From an uncultured Candidatus Saccharibacteria bacterium (GTDB taxonomy: Bacteria > Patescibacteriota > JAQUNI01): a stretch of DNA of 64,000 bases. Both the position numbers and the translations under genes were made by a program. Numbering within the stretch: position 1 is the first letter of the stretch; each line of letters starts with the position of its first letter. Where the stretch lies: NCBI GenBank assembly GCA_964555185.1, contig CAZKRD010000002.1, forward strand, positions 120,438-184,437. The letters run 5' to 3'. This document shows, in pieces, positions 28,410 to 38,337 of this stretch. The notes under the pieces are model-generated. The model had not been told where the DNA came from and did not search any database. It saw only the letters and a program-made list of their open reading frames with translations.

Positions 28410-29804
28410 TTAGTTTAGGTACTCTTCTAACGCTTCTTCCCATCTCCGCAGTTTCGGCAGCTTGGTATTGATTAAAACCGAACACAAGGGCCGCTTTGCT
28501 TTTGTCTCGTATTCCCGGCTGCTGATTGGCTTTATTTTAACCGGAATGTTTTTCAAAGCGAAAATTTTGCGCGCGAACTGATACCAATTAGTTTTTCCTT
28601 GGTTTGTGACGTGATAAATGCCAAAGGGCTTGTTTTGTTCAATAAGCTGTTTTGTCTCTCGAGCTAAATCACGGGCAAAGGTAGGCTTCCCCCACTGGTC
28701 ATTGACGACCTTCAGTTTAACATTGCTTTTTGATAATTGCAACATTTTTTTAACAAAATTTTCTCCTCTCTTGCCAAACATCCAAGAGCTGCGGATTAGG
28801 TAGTATTGATCAGTATTGCGCCGCAAGAGCGCCTCGCCCAAGAACTTTGATTTTCCATAGACATTGATTGGGTTGGGCTGGGCGGTTTCTTTATAACCCT
28901 TGCGATTTTTACCGTCAAAGACATAATCCGTGGAGTAGTGGACTAAAGTTGCGTTTATTCTTTTGGCAATTTGCGCTAAATACCCTACCGCTTTACCATT
29001 TATCCGCAAAACCTGCTTTTGGTTTGATTCGGCCCTTTCTACGTTAGTATAGGCAGCAGCGTTGATAATGATTGCTGGTTTAAGTTCCAGGATTCTTTGC
29101 TGTAGTTTTTTCTTGTTGGTAATATTTAATTTTTTCTTGTCCCAGGCGGTTAGCCTGTAGTTTTGAAATTCTTTTTTTAAGCACGAGCCAAGCATGCCTC
29201 GGGCGCCCAAGATCAAGACTTTTTTTTGAAAATTTGCAAGCAGTTTGTTGCGCGCCCGCACCAAGTCAGGATGGAGCCCCCTCTCTTTTTTGATAATCTG
29301 TTTCATATTTTCATCAAAAGCATTAAGCAGGGCTTGGTCTAGAGATTTGGAAGCTATTTTCAGGATGATTTTTGAGCCAGCCCAAATTTTGGGAGTGGGC
29401 GCGATAATATCCGAGAGATAAATAATTTTATCCAGGAAACTCATACAGGGTTTAGGCACGCAGTGCCTCTCAATTGCTTGGAGGATTTCTTTGTCGTGAA
29501 TGCCAAACTTTTTTCTAGAAAGGGATGCGCCGACAGGCGCATGGAGAAGGCTTGGATGGTTTTTGGTAAAGGAATCAATTTTGATCCGAAATTTGCAAGC
29601 GAGTTTCAAAAGTCTTTCTGAATTTAAATCACGCGCCATATCATGGATCAGGCCGGCAAGACGGACTTTTTCTAGGTTGATCCCTTTGTGGATCCGGGCC
29701 AATTTCTCCGCTGTTTTTACTACTTCCAAACTATGAAAAAATCTATCCCTCGATAGATTCCGCTGCAGGTAAGATTTGATTCTTTCTAGGTTTAAATCAT
29801 TCAT
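28410..29804 (-). CDS. rmlD: Fusion of a YqeK-type HD hydrolase (N-terminal) with dTDP-4-dehydrorhamnose reductase (C-terminal)
   Basis: N-terminal ~190 aa: HSLEVVKTAEKLA...AGLIHDMAR...IERH (YqeK/HD family). C-terminal: VLILGARGMLGS...YSTDYVFDG...NVYGKSK...DQWGKPT (RmlD). Confidence 0.7.
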   Translation of the reverse strand: MNDLNLERIKSYLQRNLSRDRFFHSLEVVKTAEKLARIHKGINLEKVRLAGLIHDMARDLNSERLLKLACKFRIKIDSFTKNHPSLLHAPVGASLSRKKFGIHDKEILQAIERHCVPKPCMSFLDKIIYLSDIIAPTPKIWAGSKIILKIASKSLDQALLNAFDENMKQIIKKERGLHPDLVRARNKLLANFQKKVLILGARGMLGSCLKKEFQNYRLTAWDKKKLNITNKKKLQQRILELKPAIIINAAAYTNVERAESNQKQVLRINGKAVGYLAQIAKRINATLVHYSTDYVFDGKNRKGYKETAQPNPINVYGKSKFLGEALLRRNTDQYYLIRSSWMFGKRGENFVKKMLQLSKSNVKLKVVNDQWGKPTFARDLARETKQLIEQNKPFGIYHVTNQGKTNWYQFARKIFALKNIPVKIKPISSREYETKAKRPLCSVLINTKLPKLRRWEEALEEYLN

Positions 29805-29837
29805 AAGATAAATCGATTTTGGTTAGGATAAGGGGAG

Positions 29838-29997
29838 ATTAATTTTCAATTTTCAAATCCCAATTTTCAATCAAATCCCAATTTTCAAATAGATTTAATT
29901 TTCAAACCTGCGAAAATGGTTTTGTTTGAAAATTTATTCATTGGTTATTGAAAATTGATTAGTAAATTGGTACTTGAAAATTGAAAATTAACTACTC
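29838..29997. repeat. MITE-like AT-rich intergenic repeat, copy A (inverted relative to copies B and C)
   Basis: The reverse complement begins GAGTAGTTAATTTTCAATTTTCAAGTACCAAT..., which is identical to the start of copy B. Internally it consists of AATTTTCAA/TTGAAAATT words. Confidence 0.7.
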
Positions 29998-30992
29998 TAT
30001 TTATGCTTATATTGCTTTCGATAGTATTTAAGATATTCTCCCGACTTGATCTTCTTCCACCACCATTCATTCTCTTTGTACCATTCTATGGTTTGCCGCA
30101 TCGCTTCTCCAAATTGATATTGCGGCTGCCAGCCCAGTTTCTGAACCTTAGTAGAATCCAGGGCGTAACGGCGATCATGACCCGGCCGGTCGGAAACCCG
30201 CTTAATCATTTCTTTGCCTTTGCCCAAAGTCTTCAAGATTAGATTGGTGATGTAAAGATTGGTTTTTGGATTATCACCGCCAATATTATAAATCTCCCCT
30301 ATTTTGCCTTTGTGGAGAACAAGATCTAAGGCAGAGCAGTTATCTAAAACATAAATCCAATCACGGACATTTTTGCCATCACCGTAAAGCGGCACCTTTT
30401 TTCCTTCAATGAGATTGGTGACGAAAAGAGGGATTAGTTTTTCCGGGTATTGATAAGGCCCAAAATTATTAGAGCTTCTCGTGATCAAAACCGGCAAACC
30501 AAATGTGCGGTGATAAGCGCGGACCATCAAATCCCCTCCTGTTTTGGAAGCAGAATAGGGATTGTTGGGAGCAAGCTCGGTTTTTTCAGTTGCTTTTCCG
30601 CGAGCCAGACTGCCGTAAACTTCATCCGTGCTTACCTGTAAATATTTCTTAATTTTGAATTCTTTTACTGCTTCCAATAAGTTTTTCGTGCCCAAGATGT
30701 CTGTGCGAATAAAGTCATCCGCGCCCATAATTGAGCGATCCACATGGGTTTCTGCAGCGAAGTTTACAATCATATTCACATTGCGAGCCGCTTGTTTCAC
30801 TGTTTTCCAATCCGCGATATCTCCTTTGACAAATTTATAGCGCGGGGTTTTGATCCCCCGTAGATTGTCTAGATTGCCGCAGTAAGTCAGTTTGTCTAAA
30901 TTAACCACGCGGTAGCGCGGGTATTTTTTTAAAATATAGCGGATGAAGTTGGAACCGATAAAACCCGCGCCGCCGGTTACGAGTAATTTCAT
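29997..30992 (-). CDS. rmlB: dTDP-glucose 4,6-dehydratase
   Basis: LVTGGAGFIGSNF, YSASK, 331 aa, classic RmlB. Confidence 0.85.
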   Translation of the reverse strand: MKLLVTGGAGFIGSNFIRYILKKYPRYRVVNLDKLTYCGNLDNLRGIKTPRYKFVKGDIADWKTVKQAARNVNMIVNFAAETHVDRSIMGADDFIRTDILGTKNLLEAVKEFKIKKYLQVSTDEVYGSLARGKATEKTELAPNNPYSASKTGGDLMVRAYHRTFGLPVLITRSSNNFGPYQYPEKLIPLFVTNLIEGKKVPLYGDGKNVRDWIYVLDNCSALDLVLHKGKIGEIYNIGGDNPKTNLYITNLILKTLGKGKEMIKRVSDRPGHDRRYALDSTKVQKLGWQPQYQFGEAMRQTIEWYKENEWWWKKIKSGEYLKYYRKQYKHK

Positions 30993-31546
30993 AATATTTT
31001 TTTGTGGAGACAGTATTTATAAAGGAGGGCTAGAGTTGGTGAACCGATAATCTTATTTTCGATAATCATTTTTTGGATCTCTTTAAGACTAAATTTTTTT
31101 ACTTCCGAGATTTCAGAAGGATCGGGAATTTTATCAATTTTTTTTAAGTCTTGAGCAAGATAAATATAGGAATATTGCGGCAAGACAGTTCCTGATACAT
31201 AGGAGATGCCAATTTTGGTCCACTTTTGAGCAGAAAGGCAAGCTTCTTCCTCGAGTTCCCTTTTGGCGGCATTCAGATAGGTTTCTCTTTTTGAATCTTT
31301 GTGTCCCATGGGCAATTCCCAGGTATATTCCCCCAAAGTGTAGCGATACTGACGGACAAGCCAGAGTTTTCCATTTCTGTCTTCAGGGATGATTGCGACA
31401 AAGGGATCTTTTTTAATATAGTAATAGTTTGTTTTGCGTCCTAAAGGGTTCAACACCTGGTCCTTGTAAAGATCAAGATAAGCGCAGTGGTAGATCCGGC
31501 GAGAGGAAATTTTTTGCCAAGGCTGTTTTTGATGGATTTTCGGCAT
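30989..31546 (-). CDS. NUDIX hydrolase (sugar-nucleotide/ADP-ribose pyrophosphatase-like)
   Basis: NUDIX box ...GHKDSKRETYLNAAKRELEEEA... Its stop overlaps the rmlB start by 4 nt. Confidence 0.6.
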   Translation of the reverse strand: MPKIHQKQPWQKISSRRIYHCAYLDLYKDQVLNPLGRKTNYYYIKKDPFVAIIPEDRNGKLWLVRQYRYTLGEYTWELPMGHKDSKRETYLNAAKRELEEEACLSAQKWTKIGISYVSGTVLPQYSYIYLAQDLKKIDKIPDPSEISEVKKFSLKEIQKMIIENKIIGSPTLALLYKYCLHKKIL

Positions 31547-31603
31547 TGTTAATTTTGATTAACTATATCTTAGTTTAACAAGAGAGGAATTTTTCGACAA
31601 GAA

Positions 31604-31778
31604 GAGTAGTTAATTTTCAATTTTCAAGTACCAATGTACTAATCAATTTTCAATTTACAAGTACCAATTTTCAATCAATTTTCAATAACCAATGACTAAA
31701 TGTTCAAACTGTTTGAAAATTAAATCATTGAACCTTAGGATTTGATTGAAAATTGAGATTTGTAAATTGAAAATTAAT
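31604..31778. repeat. MITE-like AT-rich intergenic repeat, copy B
   Basis: About 125 bp are ~95% identical to copy C and form an inverted match to copy A. It lies between the rmlC stop and the NUDIX start. Confidence 0.7.
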
Positions 31779-31784
31779 ATCCTC

Positions 31785-32240
31785 TTATCCCATCTTAATC
31801 CCCCAACCATACGGAACCAGTTCAGTATCATAAGGCAGGCGGTATTCATCTGGTTTCTCTGGATTGTAGGGATGGGTTGGCGTATTGATGATTAGAGCTT
31901 CTTCTTCGGACACGCATTTCCAGCCGTGATAAACCTGTTTTGGGATTTGAATTAAACTCGGATTGTGCTCGCCGATAAAAAATTCATTGATTTCTCCCAA
32001 AGTCCGGGATCCGATCCTGCCGTCATAGAGGACAAGCTTGATCATGCCGCGCAGGCAGCAAATAGAATCGGTTTGGACTTTATGCAGATGCCAAGCCTTA
32101 ACCACGGAAGGGTAAGTGGTCGTTAAATAGACTTGACCGAATTTCTCGAAGATTTCATCATCAGAGCGCAGGATCTCCATCACCCGGCCCCGTTCGTCAG
32201 GATGAATTTTAAGTTTTTTAGTTTTGACGCCGGAAATCAT
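31785..32240 (-). CDS. rmlC: dTDP-4-dehydrorhamnose 3,5-epimerase-family cupin (short form)
   Basis: 151 aa. ...AWHLHKVQTDSICCLRGMIKLVLYD... is an RmlC-like cupin core. Confidence 0.6.
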   Translation of the reverse strand: MISGVKTKKLKIHPDERGRVMEILRSDDEIFEKFGQVYLTTTYPSVVKAWHLHKVQTDSICCLRGMIKLVLYDGRIGSRTLGEINEFFIGEHNPSLIQIPKQVYHGWKCVSEEEALIINTPTHPYNPEKPDEYRLPYDTELVPYGWGIKMG

Positions 32241-33411
32241 GATATTTAAAAGATTTAAGAAGGGCTTTAGGATTTTTCGTTTCCACCCCGCCTTTTTTTA
32301 GAAGTAAAGTCTGGTAGAGCCTTATTGTCTGATTTGCAACTTTATTCCAATTATAGAACTTGCGGACTCTTTCGCGAGCCAGCCGCCCCATTTTGAGAAC
32401 CAGTTCGGGGTGGTCATTTAGAAATTCCAGTCCCTTTTTAAGGCTCGCTACACTCCTTGACTTAAAGCTATAACCCGCTTCGCCCATCGCTTCTTTGTTT
32501 TCCGGAATATCTGAAACTAAAACACAACGGCCAAAACCCAAGGCCTCAAGCAGACTTAAAGACAGGCCCTCTGCTTTTGATGGTAGCACATAAAGGTAAG
32601 CATTGGAAAATAATTCGAGGAGGGTTTCCCCTTGCTGACTGCCGGTAAAGATAATATTAGGATTGCCTTTTGCTGTTTTTTTAAGATAATTTTCATAGGC
32701 TCGATTGCCAAGATTGCTGCCGCCAACAATAACCAGTTTCTTGTTCGTATTTAATTTTTGGAAAGCATTGATTAAATAGTGAATCCCTTTGCGCGGAACC
32801 AGCCGCGAAACAGTTAGGAAATAATTGTTTTCAGAGAGTCCCCATTTTTTGATTAGTTTTGCCCGCTTGGAACGAGCAAGTGCGGCTCCGTTGGGGATAT
32901 AATAGATTTGACTTTTGGCCGGATTATTTTTTCGGCAGTATTGGTAAAGAATTCTGGAAACAACAATTGTCGCGTCAGGAAGTAAAACCACGGTTTTTTC
33001 AGCCAGAGTTAAAAAGAAGCGAGCGAGGATTCCCCATTTTTGATCAAAACAGTCGCGGCACTGAAAAGTTGTGATTGTGACTGCTTTCCTCTTTAGGATC
33101 CGAGGAATAAAAGCAAGCAGAGAAGGGCCCACCGAATGGATATGGACAACATCCACTCTTTTAAACAAAACATGAATAAGAGAGAAAAAAGTATGGGTAA
33201 TCGTGTCTAAATTCTTTGTGGGAATCGAAGGGGTATAGATTATATCGATTCCTTTGTATTTTTTTCTTTTGCTTTTGGTGTATTTATGCCGAGAGTAAAC
33301 AAAAATTCTGTGTCCTCTTTGGACCAGTTTTTTGGCTAATTCTTCAACATGCCGCTCTACTCCGCCTTCGCGGCAGGGAATCCCTTTTGCTCCAATTATC
33401 GCTATTTTCAT
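32218..33411 (-). CDS. Glycosyltransferase family 1
   Basis: C-terminal GT-B motif ...VLPSKAEGLSLSLLEALGFGRCVLVSD.... Confidence 0.7.
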   Translation of the reverse strand: MKIAIIGAKGIPCREGGVERHVEELAKKLVQRGHRIFVYSRHKYTKSKRKKYKGIDIIYTPSIPTKNLDTITHTFFSLIHVLFKRVDVVHIHSVGPSLLAFIPRILKRKAVTITTFQCRDCFDQKWGILARFFLTLAEKTVVLLPDATIVVSRILYQYCRKNNPAKSQIYYIPNGAALARSKRAKLIKKWGLSENNYFLTVSRLVPRKGIHYLINAFQKLNTNKKLVIVGGSNLGNRAYENYLKKTAKGNPNIIFTGSQQGETLLELFSNAYLYVLPSKAEGLSLSLLEALGFGRCVLVSDIPENKEAMGEAGYSFKSRSVASLKKGLEFLNDHPELVLKMGRLARERVRKFYNWNKVANQTIRLYQTLLLKKGGVETKNPKALLKSFKYHDFRRQN

Positions 33412-33550
33412 TGGCTTTTAAGCAGTGTTTAAATAAGTTGATATTATAGAACTATAATTAATAAAAGTCAAGAAAAGGTGTCATTGCGGGCGACTCCACA
33501 CCTTTTTTGAAAAAAGGCGTGGAAGAGCGCGGCAATCTCGTGAAATACAA

Positions 33551-34765
33551 TCAAATTATTAATAGTTTTTTATAGACTTTCGTTAATTTTTTATAATAAG
33601 CTTCTGGGTCGTATTTTTTAATTTCTGCCTTTGCTCTTTGCCCTATTTTTTGGGTCAATTTTGGATTGTGAAAGAGGTATTGGATTTTTTTTCTTAATTC
33701 ATCTCGATTTTCAAAAAGCAGACCGTCTTTCCCTTGTTCAATCAGTTCAGGCAGAGCTCCTCTCGCGCTTGCGACTACGGTTTTTCCTAAATTGAATGCC
33801 TCTAGAACAGCAAGGCCAAAAGTTTCTTCGCTCATGCTGGGTACAACCACAAAACAAGAATTCGCAATCAGTTTTTTTAATTCTTTTTCGTTTTTAAAAC
33901 CCAAAAATTCTACATTAGAAATATTTTTCTGGGCAACCGTCTTGATTAACCTATTTTTGTCTGGACCTTTGCCCGCTATTTTGAATTTAATCCAAGGGAG
34001 CTCTAAAGCTGTCGAAATTAAAAGATCCAGTCCCTTTTCCGAGGCAAGCCGGCCAAAATAGAGAACATAATCTTTTTTTCTATTTTGGGCCGCTATTTTT
34101 GCTGGCTTTATAAAATGCGGCAGGACAATTAATTTGTTTTCTGACATTCCCCAGGCAGTTAGTTTGTTTTTTACAAATTGACTGGGACAGATAAAAATAT
34201 CGACATATTTCTGATAAAAACAAAAAGTTTTGTGGAGATACATCTCGAGTGAACTTAGAAGGGAGGCAAAATAAGAATCTTTGACGCATTTATTTAAAAA
34301 GCATTGATAGTATTTATGTTGTTTGCATTTCTCGCAAACCTGACCTTTGTTAAATAATTTGTAATTTGGACAAATCAATTTGTAGTCATGGACAGTCATC
34401 ACAATCGGAATATTATTCTTTTTTAAAATTCCTAAAATAGAGGGTGAAATCTGATGATAGATATTGTGGATATGAGCAATGCCTGGTTTTTCTTTTTTGA
34501 TTAATTTTTTAATTTTTTTGCGTGCTTCTAGAGAATAAAGGATTCGGGCTGCGTTTTTTAGAGCTTTTAGAGAGAATCTAACTCTTTTTAAATTCATTTC
34601 ACTGACAAAATATTCTTGATAGGCAGATGAAATATTTTTTTTACCTTCCATTGCAAAAGGAATCACAGTGTGGCCGCGCGCTTCTAGTAATTCTGTTAAA
34701 TCAAAATAATGACGGTCTGATCCGCCCTGGATGTGATGGAATTTATTGATATTCAAGATGATCAT
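33551..34765 (-). CDS. Glycosyltransferase family 1
   Basis: ...VVVPSMSEETFGLAVLEAFNLGKTVVAS... (EX7E-like). Confidence 0.7.
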   Translation of the reverse strand: MIILNINKFHHIQGGSDRHYFDLTELLEARGHTVIPFAMEGKKNISSAYQEYFVSEMNLKRVRFSLKALKNAARILYSLEARKKIKKLIKKEKPGIAHIHNIYHQISPSILGILKKNNIPIVMTVHDYKLICPNYKLFNKGQVCEKCKQHKYYQCFLNKCVKDSYFASLLSSLEMYLHKTFCFYQKYVDIFICPSQFVKNKLTAWGMSENKLIVLPHFIKPAKIAAQNRKKDYVLYFGRLASEKGLDLLISTALELPWIKFKIAGKGPDKNRLIKTVAQKNISNVEFLGFKNEKELKKLIANSCFVVVPSMSEETFGLAVLEAFNLGKTVVASARGALPELIEQGKDGLLFENRDELRKKIQYLFHNPKLTQKIGQRAKAEIKKYDPEAYYKKLTKVYKKLLII

Positions 34766-34774
34766 ATTTTAAAA

Positions 34775-35662
34775 CTATGTTTTCCTGTATTTTAAATAAA
34801 GCTTGGTTCCGCTCAAGAATTTAATCAAATGGAAGCTAAGATTATGTTTGGGGTAATGTTTTTTCCAAAAGTAAAGCAAGCTTTTTCTTTCATGAAGTTT
34901 TGGGATAAAAGAGTTTCTCGAGGAGGCTTTGTGTTTATGAATCACTTGGGTTTTGCCCCAAAAGATAATCTTAAATCCTGCTTTCTTTACTCTTTTGCAG
35001 AAATCAATGTCTTCGAGATACATAAAATATCTAGGATCAAAGAGGCCAACTTTGTCAAAGACAGATCTGCGGATGAAAGGACAGGTTCCAGAGAGCCATT
35101 TTACTTCTCTCATCTGATAGAATTTTTTCCGAGTTAAAATATTGGGCATAATGATTCTGCCCCAAGGAAGGATCTTGTAAAGCAGTGTAGCCTGCAAGAT
35201 CTCAGATAAAAGAGAAGGGTAATTGCCAAAATTAGTTTGCAGTTTTCCGCCCGGGTAAACAAGGCGCGGTGAAAGGATAGCGACATCAGGATTTTGATCT
35301 AAGAATTTCAAAGTGCGTAGTAAAGATTTATTCACAAAAGCATCTGTATTGAGAAGCAAAACATATTCACCGCGCGCTTTCCGAATTCCTTGGTTGACAG
35401 CTCGAGCAAAGCCACGATTTTTTTTGTTAACAATTAACTTTACTTTAGGGAAATGTTTTTTAATAAGTAGAACAGACTCATCTTCTGAATTGTTATCAAT
35501 TAAAATAATCTCGTGTTTTATTTCAGAAAATGAAGAATAGACCCTTTCTAAACACTTTAGAGTTAATCTAGCTGTATTGTAACTTGGGATGATGACAGAA
35601 AGTTGCATTATTTTTTTGCTAAGAATCTGTTTTGGACTAAAAGCAGTCCCACAATATACCAA
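34775..35662 (-). CDS. Glycosyltransferase family 2
   Basis: SVIIPSYN, IDNNSEDES, and DxD in LLNTDAF. Confidence 0.7.
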   Translation of the reverse strand: MVYCGTAFSPKQILSKKIMQLSVIIPSYNTARLTLKCLERVYSSFSEIKHEIILIDNNSEDESVLLIKKHFPKVKLIVNKKNRGFARAVNQGIRKARGEYVLLLNTDAFVNKSLLRTLKFLDQNPDVAILSPRLVYPGGKLQTNFGNYPSLLSEILQATLLYKILPWGRIIMPNILTRKKFYQMREVKWLSGTCPFIRRSVFDKVGLFDPRYFMYLEDIDFCKRVKKAGFKIIFWGKTQVIHKHKASSRNSFIPKLHERKSLLYFWKKHYPKHNLSFHLIKFLSGTKLYLKYRKT

Positions 35663-36969
35663 AAGATAATTCCGTAATAGAGTCCGACTAGTGTGACCTC
35701 TAAAAGAGCATTGATTAAAACTATGATCATGGTTGAGACAAAGCCAAGGTACAGAATTTTATCGTTTTGCTCTTTGGCCAAGGCTTTCATCTTTTTAAGT
35801 TCACGGTAAATTTGACGGATAATCAGGATTAAAATTGCTAAACCAATAAGACCGAGTTCTAAAACTATTTGCAAAAAGAAATTATTGCTTTCACTCTCGA
35901 TAGACCAGGGTAAAAGATTTTTATACTCCAATTTTAAATTGCCAACCCCATATCCTAAAATGGGTTTTTGAAAGAAGAGCTTGAAGGCCACTTTGCCTTC
36001 GGTTATTCTAAAGTTTGTATTTGGATCACTAGCTGTATTATAGATTCTTTCTAAAAGTTTTCTGCTATAAGAAGCAAGGGGGAAAGCAATGAGGAGCAGA
36101 ATAACAATTAAGATAACAAGAGCTAAAAGTTTTTGAATCTTTTGTTTGGTGAAGAAATAGGAAAGACCAGAGAGTGCGGCAATAATTTCTCCTTTGCCTA
36201 AAGTGAGAGCAGAAGCAGTAAATCCTAAAACTATTTGTAAAGAAAGAATAATCTTTAACCATATTTTTTTAGTGTTGAGGGCAAGTGCATAGGTTAAAGG
36301 CAAGGTTAGAATAATCACAGCCGCGATGTAAACCCATCTGCCCACTGGGGTTATGATCCATTCTCGAGCAATAGTATAGTTTCCATTAAATCCACCTAAA
36401 GAAGCAACCTTGGAAATTAGTTGAATTGAAACCAAGAATCCAGTTAAAGGCAGACTGTAAAGAGCAATTTTAAGATCTTTTTTGGTTCTAACGAGGTTAA
36501 TAATTAAGAACAGAATAGCAAGGTGAAAAAGTAAAGCACGAATTGCGATCAAAGCTCGAGAAAGGTTATGAGCCCAGCCCAAAGATAAGACAGCAAGAGC
36601 AAGATAAAGGATTAAGATCACAAGAAGAAAAGGAAACTTTATTTCTCTAATTTTTCTGCGGGTCAGGATTTGTAAAACAAAGAGAACAGAGATTAGAATG
36701 ATTAAAATTTCTCCCAAAGTAATCTCATAATACCAATCCCTAATTCTTAAAGTGGTCACCTGGCCAAAAATAATTGTTGGCAGGATTAAGGCCAAGATTA
36801 AGGCCGGTTTTTTCAAATAAAGAAAAATAGAAAGTAAAAAACCAGCAAGTATAGCTAAAAGTAACAGCAGAGCCTGCCATTCCCCGCTTTGGTAATAACA
36901 AAACAGAGGCATAAAGATACCAAAGAAGAGAATTAAAAGAGACAAGATGATTATTTTTTTAGTTCTCAT
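35608..36969 (-). CDS. O-antigen ligase/polymerase-like polytopic membrane protein (Wzy/WaaL family)
   Basis: 453 aa, 10 or more TM helices, with a larger periplasmic loop near the C-terminal third. It sits in the glycan locus. Confidence 0.5.
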   Translation of the reverse strand: MRTKKIIILSLLILFFGIFMPLFCYYQSGEWQALLLLLAILAGFLLSIFLYLKKPALILALILPTIIFGQVTTLRIRDWYYEITLGEILIILISVLFVLQILTRRKIREIKFPFLLVILILYLALAVLSLGWAHNLSRALIAIRALLFHLAILFLIINLVRTKKDLKIALYSLPLTGFLVSIQLISKVASLGGFNGNYTIAREWIITPVGRWVYIAAVIILTLPLTYALALNTKKIWLKIILSLQIVLGFTASALTLGKGEIIAALSGLSYFFTKQKIQKLLALVILIVILLLIAFPLASYSRKLLERIYNTASDPNTNFRITEGKVAFKLFFQKPILGYGVGNLKLEYKNLLPWSIESESNNFFLQIVLELGLIGLAILILIIRQIYRELKKMKALAKEQNDKILYLGFVSTMIIVLINALLEVTLVGLYYGIIFWYIVGLLLVQNRFLAKK

Positions 36970-37021
36970 AGACGTTAGACTATACTATATTTTATTAGTA
37001 TTGTCAATCAAAATTAAAAGT

Positions 37022-37076
37022 TAAAAAAAGGACAAAGAGAAGCAAGGTATTTCTTGTTTTTTGCTTTCTTTGTCCC
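37022..37076 (-). terminator. Rho-independent terminator for the 37094..38311 gene
   Basis: The 16-bp stem GGACAAAGAGAAGCAA / TTGCTTTCTTTGTCC is followed on the minus strand by CTTTTTTTAAC. Confidence 0.6.
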
Positions 37077-37093
37077 GTAGGACTCGTGGCGAG

Positions 37094-38311
37094 TTACTGA
37101 GTTATTACTCTACCGTTCTTTATTTCCAGATCCAGGTAGTAGGATCCGTCAGCGTTCTGGCCGACCAGTACACTCGAAACATCTTCTGGTGTGAAGATCA
37201 GCCAGTTGCTGGTCTGATCCAGTGGATCAAAGGGAATGTTGGGATTTCTGGCTACGACATTGGCCCGCGTGGTGATGTTGTAGGCGATGTTACTTGCCTG
37301 GACTTTGTAAACACCACCGACTTTTACCATAGGAACCGTGGCCAACCACTCATCGAAATCTCCGGTCATATATAGAACTTCGCCAGTCCTAGGTCCACCA
37401 TACTTGAGGCGAGCCGGATTGATTACGATATCCTGATCATTATTTTCAATCCGGATCAGCCATTCACCATCTGGCGGCTCGACAGGCGGATCGACATACG
37501 GATCTCCGCCACCGATGTTGATATTTACCTGAACGTTACACGATCCTCCGTTCAGATAGTTGCCGCTATTATCCAGGGATCCATCAAAGTCATAGACCGG
37601 GTAAGCAATTGCGCTTCCGGGATCGGTTTCAACCAGGTAACAGGCGGTTGTCCCATTTACCATCGCTCCAATAGTTCTTCTTGAGCCTGCCTGAAAGTGA
37701 AAGCGCATCGTTCGACCTGGCGGATACTTAGTTCCAAATATCCATTTTCCAGTAGATTCATATGACATCTTAACTAACAATCCACCAGTTGCCTGTGACC
37801 ACAGGTACATTTGCGATCCGGATGTGCCTTCGATGGCATATGTTACTTTTCGTAATGGTTTCTCTGGAGCGAGCTGGTGAATGGACCCATTCGGCTTGAA
37901 CATCAAGAGAAACTTTCCCTCGTCCGTATAATTAGCCAGCGAGGTTCCATTTACCATCACATCGAAGAAGGGATAGTCATGGTACACCTTGAGATACCCT
38001 TCTTTACCGGAATAGAAAGTTAGACTTACGTTTGCTAGATCTCCTGGGCTTGCGAATTCTTTCAGGGTGCTCCCATCGGCAAAAATGTCACTTTCCAGAC
38101 AAATTTGGGTAGAACCAGTAGTGCCCGGGGCGAGCGTGTTGCTGTTCGGTACTGCAGCATCTGCCCAGGGTAACGAGACATTGGCGGCGATAGTTCCGGA
38201 CTCGAACAGATTGTTACCTGTGAGACTTGCTAACGGACTGCGAGCTTCTTCGCAACCAACCAGAGCCAGCAGAATAAATATTGTTATGCTTGAGAAAATT
38301 AATTTTCTCAT
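37094..38311 (-). CDS. Secreted lipoprotein of unknown function, encoded in a GC-rich island
   Basis: Signal peptide with lipobox LALVGC. 405 aa, rich in Gly, Asn and Thr. Third-codon-position GC is clearly above that of neighbouring genes. Confidence 0.45.
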   Translation of the reverse strand: MRKLIFSSITIFILLALVGCEEARSPLASLTGNNLFESGTIAANVSLPWADAAVPNSNTLAPGTTGSTQICLESDIFADGSTLKEFASPGDLANVSLTFYSGKEGYLKVYHDYPFFDVMVNGTSLANYTDEGKFLLMFKPNGSIHQLAPEKPLRKVTYAIEGTSGSQMYLWSQATGGLLVKMSYESTGKWIFGTKYPPGRTMRFHFQAGSRRTIGAMVNGTTACYLVETDPGSAIAYPVYDFDGSLDNSGNYLNGGSCNVQVNINIGGGDPYVDPPVEPPDGEWLIRIENNDQDIVINPARLKYGGPRTGEVLYMTGDFDEWLATVPMVKVGGVYKVQASNIAYNITTRANVVARNPNIPFDPLDQTSNWLIFTPEDVSSVLVGQNADGSYYLDLEIKNGRVITQ

Positions 38312-38337
38312 TTTTCGTTCACTCCTTCTTTATCATT

